A stretch of 64,000 bases of DNA. Origin: the human T2T-CHM13v2.0 reference genome, Homo sapiens. Shown one piece after another: positions 53,601-64,000 of this stretch. Position 1 is the stretch's first letter. Each line of letters begins with the position of its first letter. Location: NCBI RefSeq assembly GCF_009914755.1, contig NC_060942.1, one strand, 5' to 3'. Both the position numbers and the translations under genes were made by a program. The notes under the pieces are model-generated. The model made no database searches, was not told the origin of the DNA, and saw nothing but the letters and a program-made list of their open reading frames with translations.

Positions 53601-56600
53601 TGTGTGTAAGTGGACATTTGGAGCACTTACCGGCCTAAGGTGAAAAAGGAAATATCTTCCCATAAAAACTAGACAGAAGCATTCTCAGAAACTTACTCGT
53701 GATGTGTGTCCTCAACTAAAGGAGTAGAACCTTTCTTTTCATAGAGAAGTTTTGAAACGCTCTTTTTGTGGAATCTGCAAGTGGATATTTGGCTAGTTTT
53801 GAGGATTTCGTTGGAAGCGGGAATTCATACAAATTGCAGACTGCAGCGTTCTGAGAAACATCTTTGTGATGTTTGTATTCAGGACACAGAGTTGAACATT
53901 CCCTATCATAGAGCAGGTTGGAATCACTCCTTTTGTAGTATCTGGAAGTGGACATTTGGAGCGCTTTCAGGCCTATGTTGGAAAAGGAAATATCTTCCCA
54001 TAACAACTAGACAGAAGCATTCTCAGAAACTTATTTGAGATGTGTGTACTCAACTAAGAGAATTGAACCACCGTTTTGAAGGAGCAGTTTTGAAACTCTC
54101 TTTTTCTGGAATCTGCAAGTGGATATTTGGCTAGCTTTGGGGATTTCGCTGGAAGCGGGAATACATATAAAAAGCACACAGCAGCGTTCTGAGAAACTGC
54201 TTTCTGATGTTTGCATTCAAGTCAAAAGTTGAACACTCCCTTTCATAGAGCAGTCTTGAAACACCCCTTTTGTAGTATCTGGAACTGGACTTTTGGAGCG
54301 ATTTCAGGGCTAAGGTGAAAAAGGAAATATCTTCCCATAAAAACTGGACAGAAGCATTCTCAGAAACTTGTTTATGCTGTATCTACTCAACTAACAAAGT
54401 TGAACCTTTCTTTTGATAGAGCAGTTTTGAAATGGTCTTTTTGTGGAATCTGCAAGTGGATATTTGGCTAGTTTTGAGGATTTCGTTGGAAGCGGGAATT
54501 CATACAAATTGCAGACTGCAGCGTTCTGAGAAACATCTTTGTGATGTTTGTATTCAGGACACAGAGTTGAACATTCCCTATCATAGAGCAGGTTGGAATC
54601 ACTCCTTTTGTAGTATCTGGAAGTGGACATTTGGAGCGCTTTCAGGCCTATTTTGGAAAGGGAAATATCTTCCCGTAACAACTATGCAGAAGCATTCTCA
54701 GAAACTTGTTTGTGATGTGTGCCCTCTACTGACAGAGTTGAACCTTTCTTTTCATAGAGCAGTTTTGAAACACTCTTTTTGTAGAATCTGCAAGAGGATA
54801 TTTGCATAGCTTTGAGGATTTCGTGGGAAACGGGATTGTCTTCAGGTAAAATCTAGACAGAAGCATTCTCAGAAACTTCTTTGGGATGTTTGCATTCAAG
54901 TCACAGAGTAGAACATTCCCTTTGGTAGAGCAGGTTTGAAACACTCTTTTTGTAGTATCTGGAAGTGGACATTTGGAGCGCTTTCAGGCCCATGTTGGAA
55001 AGGGAAATATCTTCCCGTAACAACTAGGCAGAAGCATTCTCAGAAACTTATTTGAGATGTGTGTACTCAACTAAGAGAATTGAACCACCGTTTTGAAGGA
55101 GCAGTTTTGAAACACTCTTTTTCTGGAATCTGCAAGAGTATATTTGCCTAGCCTTGAGGATTTCGTTGGAAACGGGATTGTCTTCAGAGAAAATCTAGAC
55201 AGAAGCATTCTCAGAAACTTCTTTGGGATGTTTGCATTCAAGTCACAGAGTAGAACATTCCCTTTGGTAGAGCAGGTTTGAAACACTCTTTTTTTAGTAT
55301 CTGGAAGTGGACATTTGGAGCGCTTTCAGGCCTACGTTGGAAAAGGAAATATCTTCCCATAACAACTAGACAGAAGCATTCTCAGAAACTAGTTTCTGAT
55401 GTGTGTCCTCAACTAACACAGTTGAACATTTCTTTAGACAGAACAGTTTTGAAACACTCTTTTTGTGGAATCTGCAAGTGGCTATTTGGCTAGATTTGAG
55501 GATTTCGTTGGAAACGGGATTACATATAAAAAGCAGTCAGCAGCATTCTCAGAAAGTTCTTTGTGATGATTGCATTCAAGTCACAGAATTGAACATTCCC
55601 TTTCACAGAGCAGGTTTGAAACACTCTTTTTGTAGTGTGTGTAAGTGGACATTTGGAGCACTTACCGGCCTAAGGTGAAAAAGGAAATATCTTCCCATAA
55701 AAACTAGACAGAAGCATTCTCAGAAACTTACTCGTGATGTGTGTCCTCAACTAAAGGAGTAGAACCTTTCTTTTCATAGAGAAGTTTTGAAACGCTCTTT
55801 TTGTGGAATCTGCAAGTGGATATTTGGCTAGTTTTGAGGATTTCGTTGGAAGCGGGAATTCATACAAATTGCAGACTGCAGCGTTCTGAGAAACATCTTT
55901 GTGATGTTTGTATTCAGGACACAGAGTTGAACATTCCCTATCATAGAGCAGGTTGGAATCACTCCTTTTGTAGTATCTGGAAGTGGACATTTGGAGCGCT
56001 TTCAGGCCTATGTTGGAAAAGGAAATATCTTCCCATAACAACTAGACAGAAGCATTCTCAGAAACTTATTTGAGATGTGTGTACTCAACTAAGAGAATTG
56101 AACCACCGTTTTGAAGGAGCAGTTTTGAAACACTCTTTTTCTGGAATCTGCAAGTGGATATTTGGCTAGCTTTGGGGATTTCGCTGGAAGCGGGAATACA
56201 TATAAAAAGCACACAGCAGCGTTCTGAGAAACTGCTTTCTGATGTTTGCATTCAAGTCAAAAGTTGAACACTCCCTTTCATAGAGCAGTCTTGAAACACC
56301 CCTTTTGTAGTATCTGGAACTGGACTTTTGGAGCGATTTCAGGGCTAAGGTGAAAAAGGAAATATCTTCCCATAAAAACTGGACAGAAGCATTCTCAGAA
56401 ACTTGGTTATGCTGTATCTACTCAACTAACAAAGTTGAACCTTTCTTTTGATAGAGCAGTTTTGAAATGGTCTTTTTGTGGAATCTGCAAGTGGATATTT
56501 GGCTAGTTTTGAGGATTTCGTTGGAAGCGGGAATTCATACAAATTGCAGACTGCAGCGTTCTGAGAAACATCTTTGTGATGTTTGTATTCAGGACACAGA

Positions 56601-57785
56601 GTTGAACATTCCCTATCATAGAGCAGGTTGGAATCACTCCTTTTGTAGTATCTGGAAGTGGACATTTGGAGCGCTTTCAGGCCTATTTTGGAAAGGGAAA
56701 TATCTTCCCGTAACAACTATGCAGAAGCATTCTCAGAAACTTGTTTGTGATGTGTGCCCTCTACTGACAGAGTTGAACCTTTCTTTTCATAGAGCAGTTT
56801 TGAAACACTCTTTTTGTAGAATCTGCAAGAGGATATTTGCATAGCTTTGAGGATTTCGTGGGAAACGGGATTGTCTTCAGGTAAAATCTAGACAGAAGCA
56901 TTCTCAGAAACTTCTTTGGGATGTTTGCATTCAAGTCACAGAGTAGAACATTCCCTTTGGTAGAGCAGGTTTGAAACACTCTTTTTGTAGTATCTGGAAG
57001 TGGACATTTGGAGCGCTTTCAGGCCCATGTTGGAAAGGGAAATATCTTCCCGTAACAACTAGGCAGAAGCATTCTCAGAAACTTATTTGAGATGTGTGTA
57101 CTCAACTAAGAGAATTGAACCACCGTTTTGAAGGAGCAGTTTTGAAACACTCTTTTTCTGGAATCTGCAAGAGTATATTTGCCTAGCCTTGAGGATTTCG
57201 TTGGAAACGGGATTGTCTTCAGAGAAAATCTAGACAGAAGCATTCTCAGAAACTTCTTTGGGATGTTTGCATTCAAGTCACAGAGTAGAACATTCCCTTT
57301 GGTAGAGCAGGTTTGAAACACTCTTTTTGTAGTATCTGGAAGTGGACATTTGGAGCGCTTTCAGGCCTACGTTGGAAAAGGAAATATCTTCCCATAACAA
57401 CTAGACAGAAGCATTCTCAGAAACTAGTTTCTGATGTGTGTCCTCAACTAACACAGTTGAACATTTCTTTAGACAGAACAGTTTTGAAACACTCTTTTTG
57501 TGGAATCTGCAAGTGGCTATTTGGCTAGATTTGAGGATTTCGTTGGAAACGGGATTACATATAAAAAGCAGTCAGCAGCATTCTCAGAAAGTTCTTTGTG
57601 ATGATTGCATTCAAGTCACAGAATTGAACATTCCCTTTCACAGAGCAGGTTTGAAACACTCTTTTTGTAGTGTGTGTAAGTGGACATTTGGAGCACTTAC
57701 CGGCCTAAGGTGAAAAAGGAAATATCTTCCCATAAAAACTAGACAGAAGCATTCTCAGAAACTTACTCGTGATGTGTGTCCTCAA

Positions 57786-58803
57786 CTAAAGGAGTAGAAC
57801 CTTTCTTTTCATAGAGAAGTTTTGAAACGCTCTTTTTGTGGAATCTGCAAGTGGATATTTGGCTAGTTTTGAGGATTTCGTTGGAAGCGGGAATTCATAC
57901 AAATTGCAGACTGCAGCGTTCTGAGAAACATCTTTGTGATGTTTGTATTCAGGACACAGAGTTGAACATTCCCTATCATAGAGCAGGTTGGAATCACTCC
58001 TTTTGTAGTATCTGGAAGTGGACATTTGGAGCGCTTTCAGGCCTATGTTGGAAAAGGAAATATCTTCCCATAACAACTAGACAGAAGCATTCTCAGAAAC
58101 TTATTTGAGATGTGTGTACTCAACTAAGAGAATTGAACCACCGTTTTGAAGGAGCAGTTTTGAAACACTCTTTTTCTGGAATCTGCAAGAGTATATTTGC
58201 CTAGCCTTGAGGATTTCGTTGGAAACGGGATTGTCTTCAGAGAAAATCTAGACAGAAGCATTCTCAGAAACTTCTTTGGGATGTTTGCATTCAAGTCACA
58301 GAGTAGAACATTCCCTTTGGTAGAGCAGGTTTGAAACACTCTTTTTGTAGTATCTGGAAGTGGACATTTGGAGCGCTTTCAGGCCTACGTTGGAAAAGGA
58401 AATATCTTCCCATAACAACTAGACAGAAGCATTCTCAGAAACTAGTTTCTGATGTGTGTCCTCAACTAACACAGTTGAACATTTCTTTAGACAGAACAGT
58501 TTTGAAACACTCTTTTTGTGGAATCTGCAAGTGGCTATTTGGCTAGATTTGAGGATTTCGTTGGAAACGGGATTACATATAAAAAGCAGTCAGCAGCATT
58601 CTCAGAAAGTTCTTTGTGATGATTGCATTCAAGTCACAGAATTGAACATTCCCTTTCACAGAGCAGGTTTGAAACACTCTTTTTGTAGTGTGTGTAAGTG
58701 GACATTTGGAGCACTTACCGGCCTAAGGTGAAAAAGGAAATATCTTCCCATAAAAACTAGACAGAAGCATTCTCAGAAACTTACTCGTGATGTGTGTCCT
58801 CAA
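57786..58803. repeat. 6-mer HOR deletion variant (1018 bp)
   Basis: Landmark spacing is 1018; same junction. Confidence 0.96.
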
Positions 58804-61800
58804 CTAAAGGAGTAGAACCTTTCTTTTCATAGAGAAGTTTTGAAACGCTCTTTTTGTGGAATCTGCAAGTGGATATTTGGCTAGTTTTGAGGATTTCGTT
58901 GGAAGCGGGAATTCATACAAATTGCAGACTGCAGCGTTCTGAGAAACATCTTTGTGATGTTTGTATTCAGGACACAGAGTTGAACATTCCCTATCATAGA
59001 GCAGGTTTGAATCACTCCTTTTGTAGTATCTGGAAGTGGACATTTGGAGCGCTTTCAGGCCTATGTTGGAAAAGGAAATATCTTCCCATAACAACTAGAC
59101 AGAAGCATTCTCAGAAACTTATTTGAGATGTGTGTACTCAACTAAGAGAATTGAACCACCGTTTTGAAGGAGCAGTTTTGAAACACTCTTTTTCTGGAAT
59201 CTGCAAGTGGATATTTGGCTAGCTTTGGGGATTTCGCTGGAAGCGGGAATACATATAAAAAGCACACAGCAGCGTTCTGAGAAACTGCTTTCTGATGTTT
59301 GCATTCAAGTCAAAAGTTGAACACTCCCTTTCATAGAGCAGTCTTGAAACACCCCTTTTGTAGTATCTGGAACTGGACTTTTGGAGCGATTTCAGGGCTA
59401 AGGTGAAAAAGGAAATATCTTCCCATAAAAACTGGACAGAAGCATTCTCAGAAACTTGGTTATGCTGTATCTACTCAACTAACAAAGTTGAACCTTTCTT
59501 TTGATAGAGCAGTTTTGAAATGGTCTTCTTGTGGAATCTGCAAGTGGATATTTGGCTAGTTTTGAGGATTTCGTTGGAAGCGGGAATTCATACAAATTGC
59601 AGACTGCAGCGTTCTGAGAAACATCTTTGTGATGTTTGTATTCAGGACACAGAGTTGAACATTCCCTATCATAGAGCAGGTTGGAATCACTCCTTTTGTA
59701 GTATCTGGAAGTGGACATTTGGAGCGCTTTCAGGCCTATTTTGGAAAGGGAAATATCTTCCCGTAACAACTATGCAGAAGCATTCTCAGAAACTTGTTTG
59801 TGATGTGTGCCCTCTACTGACAGAGTTGAACCTTTCTTTTCATAGAGCAGTTTTGAAACACTCTTTTTGTAGAATCTGCAAGAGGATATTTGCATAGCTT
59901 TGAGGATTTCGTGGGAAACGGGATTGTCTTCAGGTAAAATCTAGACAGAAGCATTCTCAGAAACTTCTTTGGGATGTTTGCATTCAAGTCACAGAGTAGA
60001 ACATTCCCTTTGGTAGAGCAGGTTTGAAACACTCTTTTTGTAGTATCTGGAAGTGGACATTTGGAGCGCTTTCAGGCCCATGTTGGAAAGGGAAATATCT
60101 TCCCGTAACAACTAGGCAGAAGCATTCTCAGAAACTTATTTGAGATGTGTGTACTCAACTAAGAGAATTGAACCACCGTTTTGAAGGAGCAGTTTTGAAA
60201 CACTCTTTTTCTGGAATCTGCAAGAGTATATTTGCCTAGCCTTGAGGATTTCGTTGGAAACGGGATTGTCTTCAGAGAAAATCTAGACAGAAGCATTCTC
60301 AGAAACTTCTTTGGGATGTTTGCATTCAAGTCACAGAGTAGAACATTCCCTTTGGTAGAGCAGGTTTGAAACACTCTTTTTGTAGTATCTGGAAGTGGAC
60401 ATTTGGAGCGCTTTCAGGCCTACGTTGGAAAAGGAAATATCTTCCCATAACAACTAGACAGAAGCATTCTCAGAAACTAGTTTCTGATGTGTGTCCTCAA
60501 CTAACACAGTTGAACATTTCTTTAGACAGAACAGTTTTGAAACACTCTTTTTGTGGAATCTGCAAGTGGCTATTTGGCTAGATTTGAGGATTTCGTTGGA
60601 AACGGGATTACATATAAAAAGCAGTCAGCAGCATTCTCAGAAAGTTCTTTGTGATGATTGCATTCAAGTCACAGAATTGAACATTCCCTTTCACAGAGCA
60701 GGTTTGAAACACTCTTTTTGTAGTGTGTGTAAGTGGACATTTGGAGCACTTACCGGCCTAAGGTGAAAAAGGAAATATCTTCCCATAAAAACTAGACAGA
60801 AGCATTCTCAGAAACTTACTCGTGATGTGTGTCCTCAACTAAAGGAGTAGAACCTTTCTTTTCATAGAGAAGTTTTGAAACGCTCTTTTTGTGGAATCTG
60901 CAAGTGGATATTTGGCTAGTTTTGAGGATTTCGTTGGAAGCGGGAATTCATACAAATTGCAGACTGCAGCGTTCTGAGAAACATCTTTGTGATGTTTGTA
61001 TTCAGGACACAGAGTTGAACATTCCCTATCATAGAGCAGGTTTGAATCACTCCTTTTGTAGTATCTGGAAGTGGACATTTGGAGCGCTTTCAGGCCTATG
61101 TTGGAAAAGGAAATATCTTCCCATAACAACTAGACAGAAGCATTCTCAGAAACTTATTTGAGATGTGTGTACTCAACTAAGAGAATTGAACCACCGTTTT
61201 GAAGGAGCAGTTTTGAAACACTCTTTTTCTGGAATCTGCAAGTGGATATTTGGCTAGCTTTGGGGATTTCGCTGGAAGCGGGAATACATATAAAAAGCAC
61301 ACAGCAGCGTTCTGAGAAACTGCTTTCTGATGTTTGCATTCAAGTCAAAAGTTGAACACTCCCTTTCATAGAGCAGTCTTGAAACACCCCTTTTGTAGTA
61401 TCTGGAACTGGACTTTTGGAGCGATTTCAGGGCTAAGGTGAAAAAGGAAATATCTTCCCATAAAAACTGGACAGAAGCATTCTCAGAAACTTGGTTATGC
61501 TGTATCTACTCAACTAACAAAGTTGAACCTTTCTTTTGATAGAGCAGTTTTGAAATGGTCTTTTTGTGGAATCTGCAAGTGGATATTTGGCTAGTTTTGA
61601 GGATTTCGTTGGAAGCGGGAATTCATACAAATTGCAGACTGCAGCGTTCTGAGAAACATCTTTGTGATGTTTGTATTCAGGACACAGAGTTGAACATTCC
61701 CTATCATAGAGCAGGTTGGAATCACTCCTTTTGTAGTATCTGGAAGTGGACATTTGGAGCGCTTTCAGGCCTATTTTGGAAAGGGAAATATCTTCCCGTA

Positions 61801-62873
61801 ACAACTATGCAGAAGCATTCTCAGAAACTTGTTTGTGATGTGTGCCCTCTACTGACAGAGTTGAACCTTTCTTTTCATAGAGCAGTTTTGAAACACTCTT
61901 TTTGTAGAATCTGCAAGAGGATATTTGCATAGCTTTGAGGATTTCGTGGGAAACGGGATTGTCTTCAGGTAAAATCTAGACAGAAGCATTCTCAGAAACT
62001 TCTTTGGGATGTTTGCATTCAAGTCACAGAGTAGAACATTCCCTTTGGTAGAGCAGGTTTGAAACACTCTTTTTGTAGTATCTGGAAGTGGACATTTGGA
62101 GCGCTTTCAGGCCCATGTTGGAAAGGGAAATATCTTCCCGTAACAACTAGGCAGAAGCATTCTCAGAAACTTATTTGAGATGTGTGTACTCAACTAAGAG
62201 AATTGAACCACCGTTTTGAAGGAGCAGTTTTGAAACACTCTTTTTCTGGAATCTGCAAGAGTATATTTGCCTAGCCATGAGGATTTCGTTGGAAACGGGA
62301 TTGTCTTCAGAGAAAATCTAGACAGAAGCATTCTCAGAAACTTCTTTGGGATGTTTGCATTCAAGTCACAGAGTAGAACATTCCCTTTGGTAGAGCAGGT
62401 TTGAAACACTCTTTTTTTAGTATATGGAAGTGGACATTTTGATCGCTTTCAGGCCTACGTTGGAAAAGGAAATATCTTCCCATAACAACTAGACAGAAGC
62501 ATTCTCAGAAACTAGTTTCTGATGTGTGTCCTCAACTAACACAGTTGAACATTTCTTTAGACAGAACAGTTTTGAAACACTCTTTTTGTGGAATCTGCAA
62601 GTGGCTATTTGGCTGGATTTGAGGATTTCGTTGGAAACGGGATTACATATAAAAAGCAGTCAGCAGCATTCTCAGAAAGTTCTTTGTGATGATTGCATTC
62701 AAGTCACAGAATTGAACATTCCCTTTCACAGAGCAGGTTTGAAACACTCTTTTTGTAGTGTGTGTAAGTGGACATTTGGAGCACTTACCGGCCTAAGGTG
62801 GAAAAGGAAATATCTTCCCATAAAAACTAGACAGAAGCATTCTCAGAAACTTACTCGTGATGTGTGTCCTCAA

Positions 62874-64000
62874 CTAAAGGAGTAGAACCTTTCTTTTCAT
62901 AGAGAAGTTTTGAAACGCTCTTTTTGTGGAATCTGCAAGTGGATATTTGGCTAGTTTTGAGGATTTCGTTGGAAGCGGGAATTCATACAAATTGCAGACT
63001 GCAGCGTTCTGAGAAACATCTTTGTGATGTTTGTATTCAGGACACAGAGTTGAACATTCCCTATCATAGAGCAGGTTGGAATCACTCCTTTTGTAGTATC
63101 TGGAAGTGGACATTTGGAGCGCTTTCAGGCCTATGTTGGAAAAGGAAATATCTTCCCATAACAACTAGACAGAAGCATTCTCAGAAACTTATTTGAGATG
63201 TGTGTACTCAACTAAGAGAATTGAACCACCGTTTTGAAGGAGCAGTTTTGAAACACTCTTTTTCTGGAATCTGCAAGTGGATATTTGGCTAGCTTTGGGG
63301 ATTTCGCTGGAAGCGGGAATACATATAAAAAGCACACAGCAGCGTTCTGAGAAACTGCTTTCTGATGTTTGCATTCAAGTCAAAAGTTGAACACTCCCTT
63401 TCATAGAGCAGTCTTGAAACACCCCTTTTGTAGTATCTGGAACTGGACTTTTGGAGCGCTTTCAGGGCTAAGGTGAAAAAGGAAATATCTTCCCATAAAA
63501 ACTGGACAGAAGCATTCTCAGAAACTTGGTTATGCTGTATCTACTCAACTAACAAAGTTGAACCTTTCTTTTGATAGAGCAGTTTTGAAATGGTCTTTTT
63601 GTGGAATCTGCAAGTGGATATTTGGCTAGTTTTGAGGATTTCGTTGGAAGCGGGAATTCATACAAATTGCAGACTGCAGCGTTCTGAGAAACATCTTTGT
63701 GATGTTTGTATTCAGGACACAGAGTTGAACATTCCCTATCATAGAGCAGGTTGGAATCACTCCTTTTGTAGTATCTGGAAGTGGACATTTGGAGCGCTTT
63801 CAGGCCTATGTTGGAAAAGGAAATATCTTCCCATAACAACTAGACAGAAGCATTCTCAGAAACTTATTTGAGATGTGTGTACTCAACTAAGAGAATTGAA
63901 CCACCGTTTTGAAGGAGCAGTTTTGAAACTCTCTTTTTCTGGAATCTGCAAGTGGATATTTGGCTAGCTTTGGGGATTTCGCTGGAAGCGGGAATACATA
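62874..64000. repeat. Partial HOR variant with a 675-bp duplication junction (16-mer type), truncated by the window end
   Basis: After the dimer-3 start (AAATGGTC ~63590) the sequence returns to dimer-1/2 type (CCTATGTTGGAAAAGG...TTATTTGAGATG...GGGGATTTCGCTGG). Dimer-2 boxes lie at 63302 and 63977, 675 bp apart. Confidence 0.9.

Larger units (their letters stand above)
1..64000. repeat. Alpha-satellite higher-order repeat array (dimeric A/B, CENP-B-box-positive), predominant unit 2035-bp 12-mer; probably human chr18 D18Z1 / S2C18H1L
   Basis: The alpha-satellite motifs CATTCTCAGAAACT, TTTGAAACACTCTTTTTGT and GGAATCTGCAAGTGGATATTTG recur every ~170 bp. Identical landmarks recur at 128, 2163, 3181, 5216 ... 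62874 with spacings of only 2035, 1018 or 2710 bp (26x2035 + 7x1018 + 2710 = 62746). EcoRI sites at 233 and 908 give 675/1360-bp fragments. Alpha-satellite HOR identity is certain; the chr18 assignment rests on recalled HOR sizes (about 0.8). Confidence 0.99.

Noticed and set aside
128-63871. About 260 short ORFs (61-125 aa) on both strands
   Set aside because: They are chance translations of alpha satellite. They recur with HOR periodicity, overlap on opposite strands, often start at TTG/GTG, have no recognisable domain, and single SNVs create or remove stops freely (e.g. 47177, 51871, 62801).
1-64000. CRISPR-like pattern of conserved CAGAAGCATTCTCAGAAACT motifs separated by variable sequence
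   Set aside because: The intervening sequences are ~150 bp, mutually homologous and repeated verbatim every HOR rather than being unique spacers. There are no cas genes.
1-64000. Transposable-element insertion, inversion or unique island hidden in the array
   Set aside because: Landmark spacings account for all bases from 128 to 62874 using 2035, 1018 and 2710-bp units. The CENP-B boxes stay on one strand, and I saw no poly(A) tail, target-site duplication or non-alphoid sequence.
1-64000. A previously undescribed biological system
   Set aside because: Everything visible is explained by a known class of centromeric HOR array and its turnover. HOR structural variants are known in general, and novelty of these particular arrangements cannot be claimed without comparison to existing centromere annotations.

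Overview
The whole 64 kb window is a homogeneous, uninterrupted, single-orientation primate alpha-satellite higher-order-repeat (HOR) array, i.e. centromeric DNA. About 377 monomers of ~170 bp form A/B dimers with a CENP-B box in every second monomer. The main unit is a 2035-bp 12-mer. It has two EcoRI sites giving 675 + 1360 bp fragments, which fits what I recall of the human chromosome 18 D18Z1 (S2C18H1L, suprachromosomal family 2) array; that assignment is from memory, not a search. Phasing units at position 128, the window holds 26 complete 12-mers, seven 1018-bp 6-mer deletion variants, one 2710-bp 16-mer duplication variant and a second 16-mer-type junction cut by the window end. All ORFs in the track are chance satellite translations. 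I found no genes, transposon insertions, inversions or CRISPR arrays, and no evidence of a new protein-coding system. What is worth attention is the array's recent evolution: homology-driven structural variants, a nascent 3053-bp (12+6) super-repeat, multi-kb duplicated cassettes, alternating haplotype domains, nested SNV tracts and two CpG-mutated CENP-B boxes. Variant positions were read by eye and from the ORF track, so the SNV list may be incomplete.
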